Assembly: GCA_031416075.1 (NCBI GenBank)
Contig: JANOSY010000031.1
Span: 32,001-96,000 of the forward strand
DNA from: Candidatus Tenderia sp.
Lineage (GTDB): Bacteria; Pseudomonadota; Gammaproteobacteria; Tenderiales; Tenderiaceae
Reading direction: 5' to 3'
Length of the DNA stretch: 64,000 nt
Shown: one piece after another, positions 1-10,464 of the stretch
Position numbering within the stretch: the stretch's first letter is position 1
How the letters are laid out: every line of letters starts with the position of its first letter
The notes under the pieces: model-generated
Told to the model about the DNA's origin: nothing
The model's input: only the letters and a program-made list of their open reading frames with translations
Database searches by the model: none
Position numbers and translations under genes: made by a program

Positions 1-21
1 GTAACGGGAACGGAAGGGCAT
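1..21 (-). CDS. thrC: Threonine synthase, 5' end only (runs off the window)
   Basis: Minus strand reads ATG CCC TTC CGT TCC CGT TAC (MPFRSRY) after an AAGGAG RBS; lies directly downstream of hom. Confidence 0.6.
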
Positions 22-103
22 GTTGGACTCCTTAAGTACACTATATATATTTGGATAATTCGGTTTTACACCCCCCCACTCATGGAAGGGGTGAGGGATA
101 GTT

Positions 104-1420
104 TTATTTTCCGTCTAATGTCTCAAGACGAATACGCACCACCTTGCCGGTGATGCTTGTCAGCGCCTCAATACAGCCGATGGCATCATTCATCTGCTTC
201 TCACAAATGCGGTGAGTCAGGATGATCACGGGCACAGTGGCAACACCCTCGGCCTGCTCCTTCTGCAGGATCGCTTCGATACTGATACCGGCATCGGAGA
301 GAATACGGGTCACATCGGCAAGCACGCCGGGTTTATCCTGTGCCTCCAGACGCAGATAGTAGGCGGTTTCAACGTCATCCATCGACAGTATTGGCAGATC
401 AGAGAGCGCATCAGGCTGGAAGGCAAGATGGGGCACACGGTTTTCAGGGTCTGCCGTCAAGGTACGCACCACATCTACCAGATCAGCAACTACGGCTGAA
501 GCGGTTGCCTCGGCCCCCGCGCCGGCACCGTAGTAGAGTGTTGCCCCGACGGCATCACCTTTGACGAGAACAGCGTTCATCACACCATCCACATTGGCAA
601 TCAGACGACGTTCGGGGATCAGCGTCGGATGCACACGCAGCTCCACCCCTTTGTCCGTACGGCGTGAAATCCCCAAACTTTTAATACGATAACCCAGCTC
701 TTCGGCGTAACTGACATCGGCGGCGGTGATATGGCTGATGCCTTCGGTATAACACTTCTCAAATTGCAGCGGAATACCAAACGCAATGGAGGAGAGAATA
801 GTGAGTTTATGGCCGGCATCGATCCCCTCAACATCAAAGGTCGGATCCGCCTCGGCGTACCCCAGCGCCTGTGCCTCGGCCAGCACATCGGCAAAATCAC
901 GCCCCTTGTCGCGCATCTCGGTCAGAATGAAGTTGCCGGTACCGTTGATAATGCCCGCCAGCCACTCAATCTTGTTACCCGCCAACCCTTCACGAATCGC
1001 CTTGATGATGGGAATACCACCGGCAACCGCCGCCTCAAACGCCACCATCACCCCTTTTGCATGGGCCGCCGCAAAAATCTCGTTACCATATTTGGCAATC
1101 AACGCCTTATTGGCCGTGATCACATGTTTGCCGTTATCAATGGCTCGCATCACCAGTGTATAGGCGTCACTGGTACCACCGATCAGCTCAACCACCACCT
1201 CAACATCGGGGTGATCCACCACGGCTTGGGTGTCGCTGGTCAGGGTAATGTTGCTGGCATCAAAGGCACGGGGCTTTTTAATATCTCTGGCGGTGGCAAT
1301 CACCACCTCAATGCCACGCCCTGCACGGCGCTGTATCTCATCTGCATTGCGCTGTAAAACAGTGACCGTGCCACCACCAACAGTGCCAAGCCCTAACAAT
1401 CCCACTTTTACCGGTTTCAA
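104..1420 (-). CDS. hom: Homoserine dehydrogenase with C-terminal ACT domain
   Basis: [11 protein letters not shown] Rossmann motif, [37 protein letters not shown] motif. Confidence 0.97.
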   Translation of the reverse strand: MKPVKVGLLGLGTVGGGTVTVLQRNADEIQRRAGRGIEVVIATARDIKKPRAFDASNITLTSDTQAVVDHPDVEVVVELIGGTSDAYTLVMRAIDNGKHVITANKALIAKYGNEIFAAAHAKGVMVAFEAAVAGGIPIIKAIREGLAGNKIEWLAGIINGTGNFILTEMRDKGRDFADVLAEAQALGYAEADPTFDVEGIDAGHKLTILSSIAFGIPLQFEKCYTEGISHITAADVSYAEELGYRIKSLGISRRTDKGVELRVHPTLIPERRLIANVDGVMNAVLVKGDAVGATLYYGAGAGAEATASAVVADLVDVVRTLTADPENRVPHLAFQPDALSDLPILSMDDVETAYYLRLEAQDKPGVLADVTRILSDAGISIEAILQKEQAEGVATVPVIILTHRICEKQMNDAIGCIEALTSITGKVVRIRLETLDGK

Positions 1421-2667
1421 ACGTTATCTCCTAACCTTGCTTGCTCTTCTGAACTATTCTGTTTGGCATCTTTTCGGAACATGTCGCGGATGCCGCGCAC
1501 TGCCTGACGGGTGCGATGTTCATTTTCAATCAACCCAAAACGGACATGGTCATCACCATACTGACCAAACCCAATGCCCGGTGCAACCGCCACCTTGGCC
1601 TCTTTGAGCAGCTTTTTGCAAAAATCCAGCGACCCCATATGGCGATACTGTTCCGGAATCTGAATCCAGACAAACATCGTAGCCTTGGGCGGCTCAACAT
1701 GCCAACCAATGGCGTTTAAGCCGCTGCACAACACATCACGACGGGCCTGATACATGTCACAGATCTCTTTAACACACTCTTGTGGCCCCTCCAACGCGGT
1801 AATCGCCGCAATCTGAATGGGGGCAAAAGTACCATAATCAAAGTACGACTTGAGTCGCGCCAGCGCCGCCACCAGCGTCGGGTTGCCACACATAAAACCT
1901 ACCCGCCAACCGGGCATGTTGTAGCTTTTAGAGAGTGTGAAAAACTCCACCGCCACCTCTTTGGCCCCCGGCACCTGCAGAATGGAGGGGGCAACATAAC
2001 CATCAAAGACGATATCCGCATAGGCCAGGTCATGCACAACCCAGATCTGATGCTCTTTGGCGATGGCCACTACCTTTTCAAAAAACGCCAGATCAACACA
2101 CTGGGTGGTTGGATTGCCGGGAAAGTTTAGGATCAACATCTTGGGTTTGGGCCAGGAGTCCTTGATCGCCTTCTCCAGCTCATCAAAAAAACAGCCACCC
2201 GGCACCATCGGCACGTGGCGGATATCGGCACCGGCAATCACAAATCCGTACGGATGGATTGGGTAAGAGGGGTTGGGAACCAACACCGCGTCCCCCGGCC
2301 CCACAATCGCCAGGGCCAGATGGGCCAGCCCCTCTTTAGAACCAATGGTGACAATCGCCTCGGTCTCAGGGTCCAGCTCCACCTCAAACCGGCGTTTGTA
2401 CCAAGTGGCAATAGCACGCCGCAGACGAGGAATCCCCTTAGAGACCGAGTAACGATGTGTATCTTCCCGCTGCGCCGCCTCCACCAGCTTTTCGACTATA
2501 TGTTTGGGGGTCGGTTGATCGGGATTGCCCATGCCAAAGTCGATGATATCCTCACCACGGGCACGGGCCTTGGCCTTCAGATCATTGACGATATTGAATA
2601 CATAAGGCGGTAAGCGCTTAATTCTAGGAAAGTCGTCAATCAAAATATGCGTTCCAGATAGTGACAA
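1417..2667 (-). CDS. alaC: PLP-dependent alanine transaminase (class I/II aminotransferase)
   Basis: [41 protein letters not shown]; typical alaC-hom-thrC order. Confidence 0.92.
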   Translation of the reverse strand: MSLSGTHILIDDFPRIKRLPPYVFNIVNDLKAKARARGEDIIDFGMGNPDQPTPKHIVEKLVEAAQREDTHRYSVSKGIPRLRRAIATWYKRRFEVELDPETEAIVTIGSKEGLAHLALAIVGPGDAVLVPNPSYPIHPYGFVIAGADIRHVPMVPGGCFFDELEKAIKDSWPKPKMLILNFPGNPTTQCVDLAFFEKVVAIAKEHQIWVVHDLAYADIVFDGYVAPSILQVPGAKEVAVEFFTLSKSYNMPGWRVGFMCGNPTLVAALARLKSYFDYGTFAPIQIAAITALEGPQECVKEICDMYQARRDVLCSGLNAIGWHVEPPKATMFVWIQIPEQYRHMGSLDFCKKLLKEAKVAVAPGIGFGQYGDDHVRFGLIENEHRTRQAVRGIRDMFRKDAKQNSSEEQARLGDNV

Positions 2668-2798
2668 AAGGGGGTAATTCAGAGGGCGTAACCTTACCGG
2701 TGCCCCCTGATGCTGTCAATTATCCTACAGATTAGCCCTTGAACACAGCCCCTCTCTCAGCAACAATGTCGCCATAGCCATCAATAAAGATAAATCAG

Positions 2799-3233
2799 AT
2801 GCAAGTTAACCACGAATTCGACATCCACCTTCACCGCATCAAAAGTGTTGATGAGGGGGAGATCGTCATCACCCTCCCCTTTGAAGTGGGCACGCTGGAA
2901 GAGAATAGCGGAGAGACACTGCCCAAAAGTGTGCAGACGGAAAAGCTGAGCAGCAGCGCCATTATCATGCCCCGCCTGCTGGTGAAGGACTGGCCGCCTC
3001 AACAGGTAGCGCAACTGAGCCGAAACGATATCCAGCAACTAGCCGCCCTTAAACCTGAGCTTGTCCTCATCGGCACAGGCAAACGTCTGCAATGGCCCGA
3101 CCGCGCCCTGCTGGTACCGCTTATGGAGGCCGGCATCGGTTACGAAATCATGGATACCGCCGCCGCCTGCCGCACCTACAACATCCTCTCCTACGAAGGA
3201 CGTGTGGTCGCGGCAGCGTTAATGATGATCTGA
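2799..3233 (+). CDS. Mth938-like (DUF498) protein
   Basis: PELVLIGTG and EIMDTAAACRTYNILSYEGRVVAAAL signature. Confidence 0.9.
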   Translation: MQVNHEFDIHLHRIKSVDEGEIVITLPFEVGTLEENSGETLPKSVQTEKLSSSAIIMPRLLVKDWPPQQVAQLSRNDIQQLAALKPELVLIGTGKRLQWPDRALLVPLMEAGIGYEIMDTAAACRTYNILSYEGRVVAAALMMI

Positions 3234-4019
3234 CCTTATATAATGAGCGACCGGTTCATCGCTCAAACGCCTGCCTCCACACCACGCAAACAAAACTCCA
3301 CCCATCGACAGCGTCCAGACCACTACCGCGCCCGAAGGGAGATCAAACACGGCAGAGAGCACCAGCCCAACGGCATAGCCCAGTACACCTACGCTGTAAC
3401 CCACCATGAGTTGACGGCGTGCCACATGGAAACGGCTGGCCAGCGCCGGGATGATAAGGCTAGCAAAGACCAGATAGACCCCCACCAGCTGTACCGACAC
3501 CGTCACCACCACGGCAAACAGCGCATAAAACCCAATCACCCCAAGCCTGTCGCGCAGACCAAACCAGAGCACCAGTACCACTACCGTCAACAAGGCAAAG
3601 GGCAGCAGCTGTGTGTAGTTAACCCACAGAATCTGCCCCACCAGCAGCTCCTTAAGCTGTTCACCACCATGAGGATTATTGGCCAGCAGCAACATGCCAG
3701 CACAGGCGGCCAATACAAATAGCACACCGATCAGCGCCTCCTGGATCTCGGGCCACCGTTTTTCGGTGAAGGTCAGCAGCAACGCCCCCAGCAGTGCTGC
3801 CGTGACGGCAGAGAGTTGTACTGCAAACCCTTGCGGCCCCCACCCCAAGGCATCCGCCACAATCACCCCCAGCCCGGCAATCTGGGCGATGGCAAGATCG
3901 ATAAAGACAATGCCACGCGCCAACACCTGCTGCCCCAGCGGTACATGGCTGGCCAGCACCAGCAGCCCCGCGCAAAAGGCGGGGCCGAGGATGGCAACAT
4001 CTAACCCGTCCAGATTCAT
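3219..4019 (-). CDS. Metal (Zn/Mn) ABC transporter permease, ABC-3 family
   Basis: Hydrophobic; HVPLGQQVLARGIVFIDLAIAQ, LVGVYLVFASLIIPA; overlaps SBP gene. Confidence 0.88.
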   Translation of the reverse strand: MNLDGLDVAILGPAFCAGLLVLASHVPLGQQVLARGIVFIDLAIAQIAGLGVIVADALGWGPQGFAVQLSAVTAALLGALLLTFTEKRWPEIQEALIGVLFVLAACAGMLLLANNPHGGEQLKELLVGQILWVNYTQLLPFALLTVVVLVLWFGLRDRLGVIGFYALFAVVVTVSVQLVGVYLVFASLIIPALASRFHVARRQLMVGYSVGVLGYAVGLVLSAVFDLPSGAVVVWTLSMGGVLFAWCGGRRLSDEPVAHYIRSDHH

Positions 4020-4921
4020 TTCAGCGCTGCCAACAGACGTTGCACCGTGTCATCAAACAGACCAAACAGATCCTTGGCCTGACCTGAGCCACCGACAGTG
4101 CCCGGCAACATCACCGCTGGAGTCTTGGCCCGCTCACTCAACCACTCGGAGGGGCGGGCGCTGTTGTACGGCGTACGCAAAACCATTCGTGCCGGTTGCC
4201 GCTGCAACTGCTCCAGCACTCCGGCAAGATGGCTGCTGCTCGGTTGCACACCCGGTTTGGGTTCGAGCTGCGCCACCTGAACCAGCCCCAGCCAGTTTTC
4301 AAGATAGGCGAAGTAGTTGTGGTGGACCACCACCGCTACACCACGTAGCGGTGCGGCCTCCCGCTCCCAGCGCTTCATTGCCGCATCCCAACGCGCCGCA
4401 AAATCGCGGTAACGTGTCTGATAATGGAGTGCATTGACCGGGTCGATCTCAGCCAGTCGTTGCGCCAACGCCGCTGCAATACGGGCAATGTTGCGTGGGT
4501 CAGTCTGGATATGTGGATTGCCCGACGCGTGAATATCACCGGCGGCACGATCAAGCTCTGTCGCAACACCTACCCGCTGCACATGCCTGGCGGCCTCAAA
4601 ATAACCGGGCCTGCCGGGCTGGATGACAGCGTTACCCGCTTGCTGCAATACCAGCGGTAACCATGCCGCTTCAAGTTCCGCACCACTGCAGACCAACAGG
4701 TTGGCGCGCCGCGCCTGTGCCAGCAGGCTGGGTCTGGCCTGGACCTGATGTGGATCCTGCATCGCATTAGTGGCGACGTAGATCGAGAGCCGATCACCGC
4801 CCAGCTCCTGCGCCAGCGCACCCCACTCCGGTTCACAGGCAAAGAGGTTGAGCGCCGCTGCATTGGCAGAGAAGATTAGCGCTGTCACGCACATAGAAAA
4901 TACAGTTAGAATTTTTTTCAT
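4016..4921 (-). CDS. Metal ABC transporter substrate-binding protein (ZnuA/TroA cluster A-I)
   Basis: Signal peptide MKKILT...; QDPH, GDIHASGNPH, LEPKPGVQPS motifs. Confidence 0.9.
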   Translation of the reverse strand: MKKILTVFSMCVTALIFSANAAALNLFACEPEWGALAQELGGDRLSIYVATNAMQDPHQVQARPSLLAQARRANLLVCSGAELEAAWLPLVLQQAGNAVIQPGRPGYFEAARHVQRVGVATELDRAAGDIHASGNPHIQTDPRNIARIAAALAQRLAEIDPVNALHYQTRYRDFAARWDAAMKRWEREAAPLRGVAVVVHHNYFAYLENWLGLVQVAQLEPKPGVQPSSSHLAGVLEQLQRQPARMVLRTPYNSARPSEWLSERAKTPAVMLPGTVGGSGQAKDLFGLFDDTVQRLLAALK

Positions 4922-4939
4922 AATAGTTGCTCCTGACAA

Positions 4940-6226
4940 TCAGAATTGATGGCTGCCGTGAGCACCCAGGCTCATGTGGTATTGGAGAAACGCCTGATTA
5001 TCGGTGAGATCCTGACGCGACTTGTCCTGCGTAAACTGCAGGCGGATGCGGCCAAACTCACTCGGACGGTAATCCACCATCACACTCTGCTTCGACGGGT
5101 TGAAACTTGGTGCTGCCATATTGGCGCTGTTGGCACCATATTCCAACGTGCCAACATTAAGACGTTCACCGCGCAGCCCCACACGCCAGTTGGGCATAAA
5201 CTGATAGATGCTCTGGAGATACCAGCCGGACTGTTTGGCATCATAGGCTGCGGTATTGTCGCTGCCACCCACATCGTAGGTCAGCTCACCACTCTCATTG
5301 CGATGCAGATACTCCCCCTGCAATTTGAAATTGCTGTAGGCGGCGTTACCGCTGGGGGCGTACTTCCAGACAAAATCAGCAATCCAGAGACGACTGTCAC
5401 CGCTGAAGCTGTTGGTCACCTCAGCATCGACCAGATCAACATCAGATACCTCACGCCCCTGCGCCACACTACTCAACATGGAGAGGCCGGCACGCCAGCT
5501 ATTGCTGATCCCCACGTCACCGCCAAAATGGGCAAAAAAGGCCGCCGCGCCGCTGCCATTTTTGTCGCGCTCACTGGCAGGAAACCCCGAGCCGCGCATA
5601 GCCTCCACACCAATCTCAACAAAAGTTTCAGTAGGGGCCAGCCACTTCAGCTGCACACCATCATCACCATACTGCCCGCCCAACAGCGTCTGATAGACCA
5701 GTGGCGCATCGACAAAATCCCAAGCGTGCGGATGTTGCACATTGAGGTAACCAATACCGGAGAAGAGCCTCCCCGCCTTGATGCTGAGGCCATGCGAAAG
5801 CGCGATAGTCTGGATGTACCCCTCCTCCAGCTCCACCTCGCCCTCCGACGTTAATACCAGCGCGAGATTACCAAAGAGATAGGGGTCGATATTGGCGGAA
5901 ATAACCAGCTCACTTTCACCCAGACTGAAACCACGACCGCCCGGCCCGGTCTCGCTATCCTCCGGCAAGGCAAAACCGCCGATGCGATAACCCTCCGGTG
6001 ATTGGGAGAGATTGGTATATAACCCGGAAAGGATTAGCGCGATGACGGGGTTGAAGGCGTTTGCCGATGATGCGGGCACTTTCACTAACAACTCATTTTC
6101 AAAACGTTCAAGCCGCTGTTCAAACGCCTGCAACCGTTGATCGTCACTCCCCGCAGCGACCTCCGCTGCCACCACCGCACCAGAAAACAGCGCCAAAGCC
6201 GCTACACTCAACTTGTAATGAAACAT
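4940..6226 (-). CDS. Outer-membrane beta-barrel, zinc-regulated receptor/porin-like
   Basis: Signal peptide, NAFNP, ESEL..SANIDPY, LNVQHPHAWDFVDAP, C-terminal LGAHGSHQF; co-oriented with metal SBP/permease. Confidence 0.75.
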   Translation of the reverse strand: MFHYKLSVAALALFSGAVVAAEVAAGSDDQRLQAFEQRLERFENELLVKVPASSANAFNPVIALILSGLYTNLSQSPEGYRIGGFALPEDSETGPGGRGFSLGESELVISANIDPYLFGNLALVLTSEGEVELEEGYIQTIALSHGLSIKAGRLFSGIGYLNVQHPHAWDFVDAPLVYQTLLGGQYGDDGVQLKWLAPTETFVEIGVEAMRGSGFPASERDKNGSGAAAFFAHFGGDVGISNSWRAGLSMLSSVAQGREVSDVDLVDAEVTNSFSGDSRLWIADFVWKYAPSGNAAYSNFKLQGEYLHRNESGELTYDVGGSDNTAAYDAKQSGWYLQSIYQFMPNWRVGLRGERLNVGTLEYGANSANMAAPSFNPSKQSVMVDYRPSEFGRIRLQFTQDKSRQDLTDNQAFLQYHMSLGAHGSHQF

Positions 6227-6320
6227 AAATACTCCCTACGCAAGAATAGATTTAACCGAGCCATGTCGGCTCATCACCATGGCAACAGCCACGGCGACCT
6301 AGATAAAGATGAAATCGGAG

Positions 6321-6602
6321 TTAAAACGAGACGTTAACGGGAGGCGCGCGGGCACTATAAAAATCGCTGGCAATGGAAGCCTGTAACCACGTAACAGGCT
6401 GGAATAGAGTAACCTCATCAGCACGCAGCAGTGCAAATGAGAAGGTTCCGACGACCACACTGGCCAGTGGCGTTCCATGGAGGCAGACAGAGCAGCTGGC
6501 CCCCTCTTTATGGGCAGAAAAATCATACTCGTGGACAAGCAGAGTCGCCTGCCCCAAGAGCAGCGACAGCGCCAATACCAGGCTAGAGAGGCGTTGCATC
6601 AT
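6321..6602 (-). CDS. DUF2946/CruR-like small protein with CxxC and C-terminal RAPP motif (putative regulatory leader/arrest peptide)
   Basis: N-terminal hydrophobic segment, H..H then CSVC, ends ...YSARAPPVNVSF*. Confidence 0.75.
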   Translation of the reverse strand: MMQRLSSLVLALSLLLGQATLLVHEYDFSAHKEGASCSVCLHGTPLASVVVGTFSFALLRADEVTLFQPVTWLQASIASDFYSARAPPVNVSF

Positions 6603-6623
6603 TCACACCGTCAACAAAACAGA

Positions 6624-7538
6624 TCACCGTAAACATCCCGCCAGATTTTGCGCCAAGCCACGCATCAGCTTGAAATAGAGATCCGGCCCCGGTTGTAAGC
6701 CGCTGCCAATACCATCCAGTACACCGCTTTTTATCCCAGTGCCAGCCGTCACCAGCTGTACAGCGGCGGCAGAGTATTGCGGCTCACTAAAGATACAGCG
6801 CACCTGCTGCTGTTTGACCATGGTACTGATTTCGCTCAACCGTTTAGCACCCGGTTTATGCTCCGCATCAACACTAATCGCGCCAGCGGCACGCAGTTTG
6901 AAACGATCTTCAAAGTAGTGGTAGCCGTCATGAAATACCAGATAAGGAACAGTACGTACCGGCGTTAGGGTGGCATCAATCTCTCGGGTGAGTTCATCGA
7001 GCTGCTGTAATAGTACTGTACTGTTACGGCGATACTGCACCGTGTGGCCGGGATCAATCTCACTCAGCCTTGCTGCCACCGCTGTCACAATGACCTTGGC
7101 ATTAGTGGTATCCAGCCAGAGATGGCCATCCATCTCCCCTGCCCCGTGATCATGCAGTGAATGCTCATGCGCCTGCCAGAATCCACCACTGCGACTGGGT
7201 AGCAGCGCCATACCCGGCAGTGTCACCAGCTTGATCACCCGTTGGTCGCTGTTGATAGAGCGCAAGGTACGAGGCATAAAGCTCTCCACACTCTCGCCAT
7301 TCCAGACAATCAGGTCAGCACGTTGCAACGCCTTGATCTGGGATGGTTTGAGCATGTAACTGTGGGGCGATGCTGCGCCGCTGATCAGCAGCTCCGGCGT
7401 TGTGACCCCCGCCATCACAGCGGCGACCAGTGAATGTATCGGGGCGATGCTCACCACCACTCGCGGACCTTCGGCAGCCTGCAGTGGCAACACTACCAGC
7501 AGCGTTAACACACCTATAATAGAGAGACGACAAAACAT
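6624..7538 (-). CDS. znuA: Zinc ABC transporter substrate-binding protein
   Basis: VVSIAPIHSLV, ASPHSY, His-rich loop HEHSLHDH, DGHLWL, FHDGYHYFE; divergent from zur-znuC-znuB. Confidence 0.93.
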   Translation of the reverse strand: MFCRLSIIGVLTLLVVLPLQAAEGPRVVVSIAPIHSLVAAVMAGVTTPELLISGAASPHSYMLKPSQIKALQRADLIVWNGESVESFMPRTLRSINSDQRVIKLVTLPGMALLPSRSGGFWQAHEHSLHDHGAGEMDGHLWLDTTNAKVIVTAVAARLSEIDPGHTVQYRRNSTVLLQQLDELTREIDATLTPVRTVPYLVFHDGYHYFEDRFKLRAAGAISVDAEHKPGAKRLSEISTMVKQQQVRCIFSEPQYSAAAVQLVTAGTGIKSGVLDGIGSGLQPGPDLYFKLMRGLAQNLAGCLR

Positions 7539-7563
7539 CGATTATCAGCAGCCTTGAATGATT

Positions 7564-7586
7564 GATATGTTATAGTATAACAACTT
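7564..7586. promoter_or_regulatory. Zur box
   Basis: GATATGTTATA-G-TATAACAACTT with perfect TGTTATA-n-TATAACA palindrome (7568-7582) between divergent znuA and zur. Confidence 0.9.
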
Positions 7587-7608
7587 CCACCATTAATATA
7601 GCTACGTC

Positions 7609-8103
7609 ATGCCTAAAATCACTGACCAACGCTTCACCCCGCACGACCACCGCCGCTGCATCAAAGCAGCCATGGAGGAGGCGATACGCATCTGTCATGA
7701 ACGGAATGGCCGCCTCACCGAGCAGCGCAAACGGGTACTGGAGCTAGTATGGAGCAGCCATCAGCCCATCGGCGCATATACCATTCTCGAACAGCTGCGT
7801 GGCGAAGGGTTTAATGGTGCCCCCCCCACGGTCTACCGCGCCCTGGAGTTTCTGCTCGATCATGGTTTGATCCATCGCATCGAAAGCCTTAACGCCTACA
7901 CCGGTTGCTCCCACCCGGGTGATGAACATACAGGGCAGTTTCTAATCTGCTCCCGCTGTCATGAGGTGGCTGAACTGGATGATCCCGCCGTCAGTCGTGC
8001 CATCACCCACAGCAGCGCCAGCATCGGTTTTGCCGCGGCCCATCAGGTGATTGAAATTCGTGGCCTCTGCTCCCACTGTCAGGCACTACCCCATGACCAA
8101 TAA
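7609..8103 (+). CDS. zur: Zinc uptake regulator (Fur family)
   Basis: HDHRRC, RLTEQRKRVLEL, PPTVYRALEFL, CSRC/CSHC. Confidence 0.93.
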   Translation: MPKITDQRFTPHDHRRCIKAAMEEAIRICHERNGRLTEQRKRVLELVWSSHQPIGAYTILEQLRGEGFNGAPPTVYRALEFLLDHGLIHRIESLNAYTGCSHPGDEHTGQFLICSRCHEVAELDDPAVSRAITHSSASIGFAAAHQVIEIRGLCSHCQALPHDQ

Positions 8104-8878
8104 CCACGAACCGCTGCTGGAGTGTTCCGGTGTCAGCCTCTCGCTACAAGGCCGGGTAATTCTGGACAATGTGGATCTCACCATCCGTCGTGGCGAAATC
8201 ACCACCCTAATCGGCCCCAACGGCGCGGGCAAATCCACCCTGGTACGGGTGGCACTGGGATTGATGAAACCAGACCGTGGCAGCGTCAACATCGCCGCCG
8301 GCACCTGTATCGGTTATATGCCACAACGGCTCACCATCGACCCGGTACTGCCACTCACAGTGCAGCGCTTTTTAACCCTGGCCAGCCATCACCCCAAAAG
8401 CAGATTGCTTGAAACCTTGAACGAGACCGGTGCCGCGCACCTGCTCGACTCGCCGATGCAGACACTCTCCGGCGGCGAAACACAACGGGTACTACTGGCG
8501 CGGGCCATGCTGCGGAACCCCACACTATTAATATTGGATGAACCGGTACAAGGGGTAGATATCACCGGTCAGGAGGAGCTGTACCGCCTGATTGGCAACA
8601 TTCGCCAACGCCACCACTGTGGTATTTTAATGATCTCTCACGATCTGCATCTGGTGATGAGCGCCACAGATCAAGTGCTCTGCCTCAACCGCCACGTCTG
8701 CTGCTCCGGCCACCCCGACAGCGTTCGCAACGACCCCAGCTACGTAGCATTGTTTGGTCAATCCGGGGCTAAAACACCCATATTAATGCCGTACAACCAC
8801 CACCATGACCACAGCCACGACGTACACGGCGATGTTGTGGCGGACAAAAATCAACACAAAGGGTGCAACCATGGATGA
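8093..8878 (+). CDS. znuC: Zinc ABC transporter ATPase
   Basis: GPNGAGKST, LSGGETQR, LDEP, CLNRHVCCSGHP, His-rich tail. Confidence 0.95.
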   Translation: MTNNHEPLLECSGVSLSLQGRVILDNVDLTIRRGEITTLIGPNGAGKSTLVRVALGLMKPDRGSVNIAAGTCIGYMPQRLTIDPVLPLTVQRFLTLASHHPKSRLLETLNETGAAHLLDSPMQTLSGGETQRVLLARAMLRNPTLLILDEPVQGVDITGQEELYRLIGNIRQRHHCGILMISHDLHLVMSATDQVLCLNRHVCCSGHPDSVRNDPSYVALFGQSGAKTPILMPYNHHHDHSHDVHGDVVADKNQHKGCNHG

Positions 8879-9677
8879 TTTTCTGCTGCGCGCCCTGCTT
8901 GCGGGACTTGGCGTCGCACTGATCGCCGGACCACTCGGCAGCTTTGTGGTCTGGCGGCGCATGGCCTATTTTGGCGATACCCTCGCCCACGCTGCACTGC
9001 TTGGGGTGGCGCTCGGTTTTCTGCTGGAGTTCAACGCCAACATTGGTGTGATTGTGGTCTGCGTAATTCTCGCGCTGCTGCTAGTGGCGCTACAGCAGCA
9101 GCGCCGCCTTGCCAGCGACACCTTGCTGGGTATTCTCTCCCATACCACCCTCTCCCTCGGACTGATCGCTATTGCCTCCATGGAGACCCTACGTATCGAC
9201 CTGATGAGCTATCTGTTTGGCGATATTCTGACCGTCAATACCACTGATCTCTACTGGATATGGGGCTGTGCCATCATCGCGCTAGCAGTACTCATCAAAA
9301 TCTGGCGGCCACTGCTCGCCATCACCGTACATGAAGAGCTGGCACAGGTTGAAGGGGTACCTGTCACCCGAATCAGATTGATGTTGATGTTACTGATGGC
9401 GCTGGTGATTGCCGTGGCTATGAAGGTGGTGGGCATATTGTTAATCACCTCACTGCTGATCATCCCCGCCGCCACCGCCCGCACCTTCGCCCGCAATCCG
9501 GAACAGATGGCCCTATTTGCCGCACTCATCGGCAGCATCGCTGTAAGTGGTGGCCTCGGTGCCTCACTTAAGTGGGATCTACCGGCAGGGCCTGCCATCG
9601 TTGTCAGTGCCGCCATCCTCTTTTTTATTAGCCACCTCTGGTGGAGTCGCCGTGCTCAGGCCAGCGGGGCCATTTAA
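8871..9677 (+). CDS. znuB: Zinc ABC transporter permease
   Basis: GPLGSFVVWRRMAYFGDTLAH, DLMSYLFGDIL. Confidence 0.95.
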   Translation: MDDFLLRALLAGLGVALIAGPLGSFVVWRRMAYFGDTLAHAALLGVALGFLLEFNANIGVIVVCVILALLLVALQQQRRLASDTLLGILSHTTLSLGLIAIASMETLRIDLMSYLFGDILTVNTTDLYWIWGCAIIALAVLIKIWRPLLAITVHEELAQVEGVPVTRIRLMLMLLMALVIAVAMKVVGILLITSLLIIPAATARTFARNPEQMALFAALIGSIAVSGGLGASLKWDLPAGPAIVVSAAILFFISHLWWSRRAQASGAI

Positions 9678-9724
9678 GGCATGGCCTTCACCATGCCCAC
9701 TCAATCCCATGCCGTAAGTCAACC

Positions 9725-10396
9725 ATGAATCCTTGGGAACTGCTCGACAGCTGCAGCGTATCCGGGGAGGGTGGCGAGATGCGCCTCTACCGTCGTGATC
9801 AGGAGTACTCCATTCGAACCGGAAATCAAGAGTTGATGAATAGCCGCGTCCACGGCTCCGAAGAGGCACTGGCCGAACTGGCTTGCAAACGGGTCAACAC
9901 CCGCCCACAACCGCGCATCCTGATCGGTGGACTTGGCATGGGGTATACACTCGCCGCCGCACTCAACAATCTGGGCGCAACCGCCGAAGTGGGCATCGCA
10001 GAGCTGGTACCTGCGGTCATAAAGTGGAACCAGACGCTATTGGGGCCATTGGCGGGCACACCATTAAACGATAAACGGGTGACGCTGTTTGAAGGTGATG
10101 TTGGCAAACTGATCCGCAGTCAAAAGAACAACTACGACGCCATCCTGCTCGATGTCGACAACGGCCCCGAAGGGCTAACCCGCAAAGAGAACAACAGCCT
10201 CTACAGCCCCACAGGGCTCAGCGCCGCCGCCGCCGCACTTCGACCCGGCGGCATTTTTGCCGTCTGGTCCATCACACCCGACTCGGCCTTTACCAAAAAA
10301 TTGCAACGTGCAAGATTTAACGTGGAAGAGGTACGGGCACGGGCACGAGGTAACCGTGGTGCACGCCATATGATCTGGCTTGGCAGCAAACGTTAA
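9725..10396 (+). CDS. Spermidine-synthase-like SAM-dependent methyltransferase-fold protein
   Basis: ELMNSRVHGSEEALA, ILIGGLGMGYT, DAILLDVDNGP. Confidence 0.8.
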   Translation: MNPWELLDSCSVSGEGGEMRLYRRDQEYSIRTGNQELMNSRVHGSEEALAELACKRVNTRPQPRILIGGLGMGYTLAAALNNLGATAEVGIAELVPAVIKWNQTLLGPLAGTPLNDKRVTLFEGDVGKLIRSQKNNYDAILLDVDNGPEGLTRKENNSLYSPTGLSAAAAALRPGGIFAVWSITPDSAFTKKLQRARFNVEEVRARARGNRGARHMIWLGSKR

Positions 10397-10464
10397 CCGC
10401 GTGCAGCTATTACGATAAAAATACCCCGCTTTTTTTACACTACCCGCCTCCGCAGATAATAACC

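Noticed and set aside
69-97. G/C-rich hairpin between hom and thrC (similar one at 61392-61413)
   Set aside because: Short and imperfect; cannot distinguish a degenerate repeat from an mRNA stem
4946-5854. Long antisense ORFs (also 3679-4437, 41556-42296, 42668-43429 and others)
   Set aside because: Shadow frames opposite well-supported genes, with no recognisable motifs
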